DNA from: Paramecium tetraurelia
Taxonomy: Eukaryota
DNA: 64,000 nt
Assembly: GCA_000165425.1 (NCBI GenBank)
Contig: CT868285.1
Coordinates: 372,001-436,000, forward strand
Reading direction: 5' to 3'
Shown: one piece after another, positions 53,309 through 64,000 of the stretch
Position numbering within the stretch: position 1 is the stretch's first letter
Layout: every line of letters starts with the position of its first letter
Notes under the pieces: generated by a model
Seen by the model: the letters and a program-made list of their open reading frames with translations, nothing else
What the model was told of the DNA's origin: nothing
Databases searched by the model: none
Made by a program: the position numbers and the translations under genes

Positions 53309-54636
53309 ATGGATCAAACAACACAAGATTTACAAGAAAATTGGAATGAGGTATTTCAATGAAGTTATTATGCAAGCAAGTCGAAACATTCGAAGATTTA
53401 ACTTTGAGCAAAGATCTACTAAGAGGCATCTTCTCTTATGGTTTCGAAAGACCATCAGCCATCTAACAAAAAGCCATCAAACCAATCATTATAGGAAAGG
53501 ATGTCTTGGCACAAGCATAATCAGGTATGTTATTATCATCTAATGATTCTTCTTAGGAACTGGAAAAACTGGTACATTCACCATTGGTGCTCTACAGAGA
53601 ATCGACCCAAACCAAAGAAAGACTCAAGTCATCATTCTAGCTCCAGTTAGAGAGTTGGCAAAGCAAATTTATGATGTGGTTAAAGGAATTGGTCAATACT
53701 TGAACATCGAAGCCTTCTGTTGCATTGGTGGTACCTCAACCTAGGAGACCAGAGAAAAATGCAAATAAGGAGTGCACATCATTATCGCTACTCCAGGTAG
53801 ATTGATCGATATGATGAAAAACAAATATTTGGATGCCACATTTATGAGATTGCTTGTTGTAGATGAAGCTGATTAAATGTTAGACTAAGGTTTTAGTGAT
53901 AACTTTCGCAGAAATCCTAAAAATGGGTTCCAGGAGATATTTAAATTGGTATTTCTGACATTTAAAATTTTGTTAGCTTTATTTAGTGCTACATTCCCCT
54001 AAGAAATTATTGAATTGAGTAAATAATTCCTCAGAGAAGGAACAGCTAAGATTTTGGTTAAGAAGGAATAATTGACATTGGAAGGTATTAGATAATTCTA
54101 CATTGCAATCCAACAAGAGGATTAAAAATTCAGAGTTTTGGTTGAATTGTATAAGAATCTTACAGTTTCTTAATCAATCTTATTCTGCAACTCCAAAAAA
54201 ACCGTTGATGATTTGCATGATAAATTGACCGCTGAAGGATTTACTGTCAGTAAAATCCACAGTCAGATGGAACAAAAAGAGAGAGAATAAGTAAATACAT
54301 CGTAGCTATAGTAGGTTATGCAAGAATTCAAAAAAGGAGCTGCCAGAATCCTTGTTTCAACAGATCTTATGGGTAGAGGAATTGATGTCCAATAATTGTC
54401 ATTAGTCATCAATTATGAATTCCCAAGATTAAAGGAACAATACATCCATAGGTAATACCATGTTAATATACTATTTTAGAGTTGGAAGAGCTGGTAGATA
54501 TGGTAGAAAGGGAGTTGCCATCAATATGGTAGCACAACAAGAAGCTAATCTCTTGTTAGAAGTTGAAAAATATTACAACACTAAAATTGATGAAATGCCC
54601 AAAGATTTAGCTGAAGTAGAAAAAGAATTAAGTTGA
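53309..54636 (+). CDS. eIF4A: eIF4A-type DEAD-box RNA helicase (two apparent +1 insertions near 53905 and 53926)
   Basis: [94 protein letters not shown]. Confidence 0.9.
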
Positions 54637-54803
54637 AATATGGGTATTTGTTATAAAAGAGTATAAATATCAATTTATTTATTATTTAATTCTCGGTTCA
54701 TTCCTTCAACTTCAGCAGCATATTTTTATATTTTATTAATTCAAAATTTAAAAAATTGTGAATAGATGATAATATTATAAAAAATCTATTTTTATAATAT
54801 AAT

Positions 54804-55586
54804 ATGGACTATGCTTATTCAAAGAAAAATACGAATTGTTACAATATTAAGATTTTAATTTATAAGATGTTACTTTAACTAGCCTAGTTGATTGATGACA
54901 ATAGAAAAGCTAATGACAATCTAGGTTCTAAACATGCTAGATTTCTCTAAGAAAAAGACGTTGACTAGAATTCTGAAAATACATAAACGATTACGTCAGA
55001 ATAGAATTAAGATGACAATGACAGTCTTCCCGTCATTATACTTATTGTTTGTCTCTTCGTACTAATATGTGTTTGTGGAACAATTGTCGAAGTTAGTAGA
55101 AGGAAAAAAGTTAAAAAAGAAATCGAATAGAAATTATTGCAAGAAAAGCGCTTATCTCTTCAAGCCAATATAGGAATGCTCAATAGTATCTAAGATTAGA
55201 CTTAATTTACCTTATGGAAGCTAACCAGCTTCAATTATAAGAATTTCTCTACTCAAAAGCTACTGAGATTCTAATCATTCTTTACTTCTCATAATAAATT
55301 AGAGCTTTAAATAAGAATGGAGTAGGATCATGATCCTTGGTCGGCAGAGGGACACATATCTACAAACTTAGAACAAGAAATAACCATTCATTTGAGAACA
55401 AGTCTTGATTGTGAATTATTAGAAAAGACAGAAAAAGGTGACCATTTATATTTGCTACAATAATTTAAAGGAGTATATAACAAAGAGGAAAACAAATTTA
55501 TTGGCTCCTGGAGTGTCTATGGGAGCTAAGAACTCAATAATTTGAATTTCTTCGGAGAATTCGAATTAACGAGAGTACTAATATGA
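54804..55586 (+). CDS. Hypothetical single-pass membrane protein (start uncertain)
   Basis: TM LPVIILIVCLFVLICVCGTIV followed by basic RRKKVKKE and a globular C-terminus ending ELTRVLI-TGA. Confidence 0.55.
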
Positions 55587-56775
55587 TTTAATATCATTTA
55601 TTTAACAAATTGCTTAATATTCTTTTGTATCTCATTCTGACACTAGTTCTACATATATAAAATTAAAACTAAATTTGCTTCTCAGAATTTAGTTTGAGAA
55701 TTAAAAATGAAAGATTAAAGGTGGATGATGTCTCAATTAATTCAGTATAGCATAAAGAGAACCAAATAGTTTGATGCTTTTGATTAAATGTAGGATCATA
55801 ATTTAAATATGGAATAATGATCAAAAAATGGAAATTATATAATTCAAAAAAACATATATAACTAGAATAATATATATACGTATTAATCAATAATCAATTA
55901 ATTAAATCAAAAGGAGTATTAATTCCTCGTTTCCAATTCAATAATGATATTTTGCAATCCCAATTCTCTAAATCTGACAGTTTGAAATCCAAGAGAAATG
56001 TTGCTCTATTTTTGGCATATATACAAGGGTGTTCACTATTAGATAATGAGAATTTTGTCTTCGATGAAAGATATCTGAGAATTTGTGCTATAAATCCAGT
56101 ATGACTTAAAACTAAACTTTAATCAAGCCAGATTCCTTGGAATAAGAGCTGAACTACTAAACCAAGGGATTGTAGAAGTTATTTGTATCTATTTATGATC
56201 CTAGTTAATGTAGATATGGAAACTATTGTTTATAATTAATAACAAATTTATAAGATTTTTATATATTTAATCTCTAAATAATTGATGAAGAAATGTTTCA
56301 ACTCTTTCCTAGATTTAATTCTTCAGATTTGAGGATTGTTTGGGTTGTGATAAAGGAGCGACCTCCTAGTAAGATTTTAATGTTTCTTCACCCTTAATCA
56401 ACTTCACTTCACTTCATAAAGGTGTATATTTAAGGATTCTCAGTTTTTTTTTGAACTAATTCTCAATGTGAGTATAAGATTCAATGCATCTTTGGTTACT
56501 TAATAGTTATACATCTTATAATCACTTGTGTAGACTTAATCAAATTTAACATTTTGTATTAGACATCCCGCTCTCTTGGATTATAAAATGCCGACTCCGC
56601 TCAAACCTAATTCATTCTTGCCAGACACAATTTTTAGACTCTGATACATAGATTACCTATGTCGGATAAGGAAAACTCTTAAAAACTACATATCCAAAAT
56701 AAGTTTTATTTATTATTTTGTACATGTTATACAGTTATACAGAATTATGTCTATAAAAATAAATAGTAAGTAGAA

Positions 56776-58165
56776 TCAATTTTAGTATAAAGAGAACTAT
56801 TTTGGCCTTCTTATGTGTAGGTAGAAATTGTCAGATGTTTTGATGCAAAATTTAGTTTGTGTTTTTTGTTTTTCATTCTTCTCTGAAAAATCTCTTTTAG
56901 GACTCGAAGGTCCATATTGTGAATTTTATTGACTCATACTAAAAGATTTGTCCTTCTAATACTATCTTATCCGAATTGTTTTTGTGGTTCTGTAAGTTTA
57001 AGAGGAAGCTGGGTTACTTTTATTGTTGTTAGGGATATCTTTATTACTATTATATGCATCGGCATATTAATTACTTAACTTTTCGTTGTCGCACTCATTG
57101 TAAGGATTATTTTTGATTTAGATATTATTTTCCAATTGATTATCCATTAATATATTTTTGTTTTGGCTACTCTTATTAATATAATGAGTATTGTCAACTA
57201 TCTTGATATGATTGTCAAATGAATGCGACATCTTTTTGGAAGAATTCGATTTGATCTCATTAACTAATTTTCCTTATTTCCCAATTTCCCTTAAGTACCT
57301 TCCCATCAACATAATGCATTTCACCATAACCGTGTTTGTAATCATTCAGAAAGATGCCCCTGTATTCATTGCCATTGGACCATTTATATACTCCATATCC
57401 GTTTTTCTTATCCTCTTCATATTCTCCTTAATATTGATCCGATGGAGGATCTTCTCTTCTCTTCCAAATTCCTTTTCCGCATCTCAATCCATCCTTAAAA
57501 TACCCTTAAAATACGGCCCCATTACTCCAATAGTATTCTCCATAGCCATGAGGTTTACCATTTTAATAGTTCCCTTGGTACCGGTCTCCATTGCTAAAGT
57601 ATTCTTGACCCTCTCCATTTTTCAGCCAATCCTTGAAATTCCCCACATAACGATCACCATTGCTATGAATGTGTTCTCCATATCCATAAGCCACATTGTT
57701 TATCCATTCCCCTTAGTATTACTCGCCCTTTAAACCGTACCATGTCCCTTTCGATAATAAATTTGGATTAATTACCTTGACCCTCTTTAACGCCCAAGTT
57801 CCATTCGCCTTCATACACTTCTCCATTCGGCCAAATAAATTTGCCTTATCCATGCGGTTTTCCCATTGCATAATTCCCCTCGTATTGAGACCCGTTGGCT
57901 AACAATTCCCAACCGTACCCTTACTTCTAGTCATCCTACCACTGCCCTTCATACTTGCGTCCACTCTGTTATAAGAGTATACCTATCTCATAGAGATGCA
58001 GAATTAACCTTTTCCATGTCTAAGATTGTTTTCAAATTGCCCATAATAAACATAATTATTAGTGATTATTAGCTTTGCATGCAACTTCTAGAGATCAAGG
58101 AAATTATAATCATCGAAGTGCGGCTCATAGCACTTGATCTAATCTAAAACAGCTTAATAATTCAT
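56776..58165 (-). CDS. MORN-repeat protein with Q-rich C-terminal tail
   Basis: Repeated YxGxW/F...HGxG units (YYGQFENNLRHGKG, YEGQWQDD, YEGELCNGKPHGQG, YEGDFKDWLKNGEG, YSGQWQ). The ORF-track 57212-57733 (+) call is its antisense. Confidence 0.9.
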
Positions 58166-58571
58166 AATAAATATAATAATAAAAATGAATTGGGCAACAA
58201 TTTATTAGAACTTATTTATAAGCTTAATTTTTATGATATCTGAATGTATATGTCCATAATCATTTACTATTTAAAATACTTTTAATAAACTAAAAAATGC
58301 ACAACAATATAATGCGAATATTATATAAAATAATGTTTAATAATTTTAGTAATTTGCTGAATATTTAATTTATTAAAGTATCATATCATACAAATTTAGA
58401 GTATCACCAGGTTAACCAGATACCTTTAATCAGACTAATAATAAATTTTTGATAGTAAGACAATTGGAAATGTAGTCGTTTTCTTAATAAATAACTCGTC
58501 TATTGATATCAAATTATGATTACTTGTATATTAAACATGATATTTAGAATAAATTTAGATTAATTTAACTA

Positions 58572-59402
58572 ATGTATACTTTATGCACTGAGGGCAGGTC
58601 ATTACCTTCGGAATCGGTTGAGTAAGGTGATAAACTAATAATGCTCAAATAAAAGCTTCTAAAGAAGGAGAATTTGGCTAATGCAATAGCCTTGGAAGAC
58701 GGTTTGGTTTATATTGGAGAGATGGAAAAAGGTGAAAGACATGGTTTCGGGATATTAATCTATCCGAATGGATCTATTTTAGAAGGGTATGAAAAAAATG
58801 GTATTCTTTAAGTAATTGGATTAATGGAAGAGCACATGGGATATGTAGACTACAATATAGCCAAGATGAATAGTATATGCTTATTTAATATGTTTAGTTA
58901 TTAGGGGAGCATTGTAAATAATAGATTTCAGGGATATGGCGAATACATTAATCATACTACTTCAATATATAAGGGATAATGGGAAAATAATGAGAAACAT
59001 GGTTACGGAGAAGAATATTTCAATAATGGGTCCATCTATTGTGGTAATTTCATCAGAGGAATGAGAGAAGGAGAAGGAGTGTACCTGTCTAGTAATGGAT
59101 CAAAGTACGCCATTTAATTAAAAATTAGATATTAAGGATAATTCAAATGTAATCATATGGATGGGGATGGAATGATGTTATGGAGAGATGGTAGTTTCTA
59201 TTAGGGTGAATTCTAAAACAATGAAATAAATGGATATGGAGTGTATACCTATCCTGATGGGAGTTCGTACTAGGGTTAAGTAATATTATAAAATTGAATG
59301 TAGTTTTTGAATGGGAAAAGAAATGGACATGGTTGTTTGATCAGATACGATGGATATGAAGTGAGTGGGGAGTGGAAGGGAGACAAGTTTTATAAAAATT
59401 GA
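58572..59402 (+). CDS. MORN-repeat protein
   Basis: YIGEMEKGERHGFG, YKGQWENNEKHGYG, YCGNFHRGMREGEG, YQGEFQNNEINGYG; four tiny introns. Confidence 0.9.
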
Positions 59403-59427
59403 TTTTATTATTATCTATATACTAAAA

Positions 59428-60855
59428 ATGGGGTAAATATTTTAGAAGCATGCAACTTAGTTTGATCCATCTCTGATAGTAAAATTAAAAAGCATAACAA
59501 TGAGAGAACTTTTCGATTGTGTAGATACGATAGACAAATACTATCCTTAGAGTTGCTATTTGAATTTAGAATAGTTCGATGATATTTTCGCAACATTGAC
59601 TGATAATTGCATCGATCTCTTTCGTAGATTGGCTGATTAGACTGGAGAGGATGGCAAATTGTCAGTGCATACATTTGAAGCACTGGCTGCTTTTGCGATA
59701 TTTAGTGGAGAGAGTTTCGAAACGAAATGTATGTTTGTTTTTAGATTATTTGATTTTGATTTGTCAAACACTTTAGAAGAGTAAGAGATGGTAAGTACAT
59801 TGTAATGTGCAGTAAGAGCAATGTGCAAAATAGCTGGACTGGTGATTCCATCTGTAAGTATGTTGGAGAAATTGGGTTATGTTTGTTTTTAGATGATGGA
59901 TGAGGATAAAAATAAGCATGTTGATTTTGATGAGTTCTATGAATGGACTGTGTAATATGATGAATTGCAAGAGTTTATGTTATAGTATTCTGGAACCCAA
60001 ACGTATTAGTATGCGTTAAAACGAATGGTAAATGCTATGGATGAATCTGAGTAATAGTTCAATAAATGGCTAAGAGAATGCAAGGCTCCTTAGGTGCCAG
60101 CCAGTAAATTGCAATAGAATTTGTATCACATTTATAAGGGAATTGATGAATTATCAATTGACACTCTTTTTTATATGATCATAGAATATACATTGAGATC
60201 TAAAAGTATTGGATAGGAGGAGAGTTCACAATAGCAAAAAGATCTCTGGGCTTGGAAGGCTGATCATAAGAAAAACTAGCATCTTCTGTCAAATATCTCG
60301 GTTAAGAAGAGTGATTATTTGGATATCATAAGAGCATGGAATGTGTACTCGATAACTGATGTCAATCAATTGTCTATCATCAACATAAAGGATCTCAAAC
60401 TGCTTATTTGGTTGTATGAGGACGAGGAACCAGACTATTTTAGAATCAATCAAGAAATGTCGATCATTGACACCAATCATAATAACATCATCGAGAGATG
60501 CGAATGGATGCAATACTTATGTTCTGAAGAGTCCATGCAAAGACGATAAACTCCATAAGTGCTAATGAAGAAGGTGTTTGACAATTACGATGAGGAGCAA
60601 TGTGGGTTGATTCCCATCATTCAGATCGACAAACTATTGCGAGACACCTTCAAGTAGCAGATGAAGAAGATGAAGGACTTCAAGAGCATTTAGAGTGTCA
60701 ATAGTTTGATTCAGCAATTGAAGGTTGAGTTCATGAAGCAGGTCAAAAAGAATAATTAATCCCATTTTGATTGGCAAACTTATTATCAATTCTTGGTTGA
60801 AGCCACGAAGACCCATTCCTCACTCAACAAGTTGTTGAATTTAAATCGTGACTGA
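59428..60855 (+). CDS. EF-hand calcium-binding protein (MG start)
   Basis: FVFRLFDFDLSNTLEEQE, MDEDKNKHVDFDEF, IDTNHNNIIERCEW, VFDNYDEEQCGLI. Confidence 0.85.
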
Positions 60856-60897
60856 CTCTTTTTATTTAGATTATATATATATTTATTATTTCCTTAT

Positions 60898-63312
60898 ATG
60901 CAATTCGATCAATAGAAAACAGACGAAATCAAGCTTAATCCCAGATATCAAAATCTCTTAAAATGGGGATTGGATAATGGTGTGATCATCAAGGATGTGG
61001 ATATGCCAGCAGCCTTTGGAGAACTCACAGGTGTTGTTGCTACTAAGGATATTCCTGCTAATACAGTATTTAGTTTTTATTATAAATTTAAGGCAATAAT
61101 CTGTGTGCCTCAACCCTTGATCATATCCTAAGAGAAATGCAAACTGAGTTCATTGTCCATCGTCTATGATAAGCATCCTGAGCTATTCGACGAAAACGAG
61201 ACTTCGGATGCTGAATTTAATATCTTAAGTATTGATTTTATATTAGGCGCCCCTAGTATTTTATTTGTTCAATGAAAAGAAGAAGGGCGAAAAATCATTC
61301 TATCATCCTTATGTTCAAGCAATTCAATCGAATAACACTTTAATTGATTGGAGCAAAGAAGAACTCAATTACATTGAAGATCCTATAATATTAGACGAAT
61401 TCGCTATAGTGCGTGAGGATTTGAAGGATTTGTGGAATCAAGCCAAAGAAATATTCAATGAATTCGTTCAAGTTTTTGGAGAAACAAGACCGACAGACAA
61501 GGAAGATTTCTATTGGGCAGCATAAAGTGTGATGAGTAGATGTTTTGGTTGGTCTTTGAAATCCACCAGTATGATCCCTATTGCTGACTTTCTCAATCAT
61601 TCTAACAAGGCCTGTACTCATTATCTGGTGCATTCCAAAATTGAGAAGCTCGAATCAGACAAACTTCAAGCTAAAAAGGATGGAAAAAATGAACAGAAAC
61701 AAGATAGTGACGAGGATTCCTTCATGCAGATTGTGCAAGAATAATATAAGATAAAGGGAAATAAAATCAATTTAAGTGTTCTCAATGTCAAATAAGACGA
61801 ATCTTAATTTAAATAGTTCGTTGATCCAAAACAGACTTACATTTTGCAACACTAGCAATATCTCACTGAAAATCAATTGAAAGATATTGACAACTTGGAT
61901 AACATATCGAATTCTGATAAGAGAGCCATGATCAATTGGATCAATTATGAGCAATTGATTTAGAATTCTGAAGTTCAACTTTGGGATTTAGGATTTGTTA
62001 CTTCCTCAGATAGTGAAGACAATGACTCTGATGAAGATGTTGAAATAGCAAGAAACAAACAATTTGAAACTCTGAAAATAAGGGAGTTATCTGATTGGAA
62101 ACTTAAATTTGAAGAGAAGAAACAGCAGAGGAATCAATAAAAAGAGAAGAACCAATAAGAAACCTAAATGGAACAATAAACTGCTGAATTAACTTAAGAT
62201 CCAGACAAAGAATAAAGTGATGGAGATTTAAAGGGCTAAACAGATAGTGAAAGCATTTTGACTATCTGTCTTAATAATGGTATTATTTCTGACCATAATG
62301 TTAGAAAAGAAAAACCTAGTTACCATCAAAGGTCTGCCTCCGCAATAGATCTAGGCTTTGAAACAGAGATAGTAATAGATGTTGGAGGTTCAGCAACAGA
62401 AAGAATAGATCAAATAAACCATCTAAGAGTAGCGTCAATAGTAGGACAAGGACAATTAGAGTGACAGCAGTGAAGAGTCGAAGTGGGATTGGCTGGAGGA
62501 GAATGACAAGGACGTATACTTTTGTATTACGACTACAGAACCAATAAGGAAACATGAATAAGTTACGGTGTCTTACGGGAGAAGGACCAACAGATTCTTG
62601 CTTAGTTGGTATGGATTTACTCTACCTGAAAATAAATACAGTTCCTACAATTTTAGAGTAAGAAGTTGATTCTAACAAAGTTATGGCTCAATACAGATAT
62701 ATGTAAGGAGAAGATTTTAAGTCAGAAATAGATCTTTGACACCATCACCATTAATAAGTTGATTAATCCGGAAGAGTGGGACACAGGTAAAATCAACTTC
62801 AATGGTAACGACGTTCCTATTTCATCAATTACGAAGGAATTTAGAATCAAAAAGAATAAACTCAATATGGACTTACTGATGTATTTGAGACTATATCTTA
62901 TGCTCTACCAAGTCCAAGTTAAGGATGTGTTAATCACTATACCTGTATCAGTCGATTATGAAGTATTCGTGATGCAGTTTTGTATATAATTGTTACAACA
63001 TTATCTAAATTCATACTCCTAGGAGTTGGCTTAAGATATTAAAGAATTAGAATCCAAAATATCATTCTCAAGACGATTTGCAGTATCAATCATCAACATT
63101 AATTATAGCTCCATATTAATAAGGAACGCAAAGAAATACTTATCAATTAGATTATGATTCTTTTAGATGCCATTATTATCTTAAAAAAATTCAAAGAAAG
63201 CAATGACTTGAAGTAGGCTTACATATCAGAGATTCATAATAATGTGTATTATAAGATGGAAAATTTAAGAGGCTTGAAAGTGTATCTCAAATCTATTCAT
63301 GAATTTCTATGA
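60898..63312 (+). CDS. SET-domain lysine methyltransferase (Rubisco LSMT/SETD3-like)
   Basis: LLKWGLDNG, GVVATKDI, IICVP, SFYHPY, VMSRCF, MIPIADFLNHS, then after a long insert EQVTVSYGRRTNRFLLSWYGF, followed by an LSMT-like C-terminal region. Confidence 0.88.
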
Positions 63313-63401
63313 TTAATTATGGGTTTAATCATTATATAATTATTTCATTCAAATGTTCTTTACTTAGAAAATGGTCAAGTTTGTTATTCTACCCTACAAA
63401 A

Positions 63402-64000
63402 ATGGTATCCTTTAGATTAAAAGCTATAGCCCTGCCAATTAAATTCAATTTACAAATTGGAGCAAATATGATTGGAAATACACAGGAACATGAAATCTGT
63501 ATAAACAATAAATAAATTGTCAATAATCATTGCTGTGTTGTTTTGAATGAAGAGGAAATAGAACTTATTGTTTTAGATGGTCCAGTCTTCTATAAGAATG
63601 AAGAAGGACATTTTGACTAATTGGCCAAAGAGTCTGTACTTAGGTACAATCATTGCTTAAATTAGTTTAAATATTGAGTCCGCGGATTTTTCAATTAGAT
63701 TAGGGTAATCTATAGAAGCTAAAGTTTAAGTGGTTAATGGAACATAGCATCAATATCTTCCAAGAAAACTGCCTTAAAAAGAAACAAAATAATTTAATTT
63801 GCAAGAACGGCTATCCTAGATAGAAGTCAAAGTTGTAGAGAGTCTCTATACATCTCCTTAGAGTGATTTAGACCAATTCTAATAACAATAAGAATAAGAG
63901 CCAAACGATGTAGACTTATAGTAAAATGAGGAGATTAATTCAATTTCATTTAATTTAAAACAATAAAATAATTAAGAATAAAAACAATAGAAACAAAATT
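63402..64000 (+). CDS. Partial gene with N-terminal FHA-like domain
   Basis: MVSFRLKAIALPIKFNLQIGANMIGNTQEHEICINNKQIVNNHCCVVL shows FHA-like spacing; runs off the window end. Confidence 0.45.

Noticed and set aside
55630..56730. Probable minus-strand hypothetical gene
   Set aside because: Start, stop and intron structure unresolved; no recognisable domain.
57212..57733. Longest ORF-track call (173 aa, + strand)
   Set aside because: It is the antisense shadow of the MORN-repeat gene on the minus strand.
1..64000. CRISPR arrays, transposases, telomeric repeats, tRNA or rRNA genes
   Set aside because: None seen by eye; tRNAscan-SE and Infernal would be needed to exclude small RNAs formally.

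Overview
AT-rich, gene-dense ciliate macronuclear DNA, most likely Paramecium. TAA/TAG read as Gln, TGA is the only stop, introns are GT..AG of about 20-30 nt, and intergenic spacers are tens of nt. The supplied standard-code ORF track therefore fragments or misses most genes. I re-read the window by hand with genetic code 6, so exon boundaries are manual and coordinates span introns. Recognisable genes: a pseudokinase, SmF, a YTH m6A reader, casein kinase 1, exportin-1/CRM1, an SR protein, a GRIP golgin, a TM/coiled-coil/SMP lipid-transfer protein, a PUF protein, a ~2,950-aa UvrD-like helicase/TPR protein, a tandem pair of unknown paralogs, Yippee, GSK3, DNA polymerase kappa, ARMC9, a RING-H2 protein, BI-1/LFG, eIF4A, two MORN proteins, an EF-hand protein and a SET methyltransferase. 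The most notable observations are: (1) a U1 snRNA gene at 35727-35880 (-) with its upstream element and non-consensus U1-70K and U1A loops; (2) a 148-nt structured intron in exportin-1, about 6 times normal size; (3) divergent genes whose start codons are only 9 nt apart; (4) two +1 insertions in eIF4A that retention of the next 28-nt intron would exactly compensate; (5) a tandem pair sharing an unrecognised Cys/His domain.
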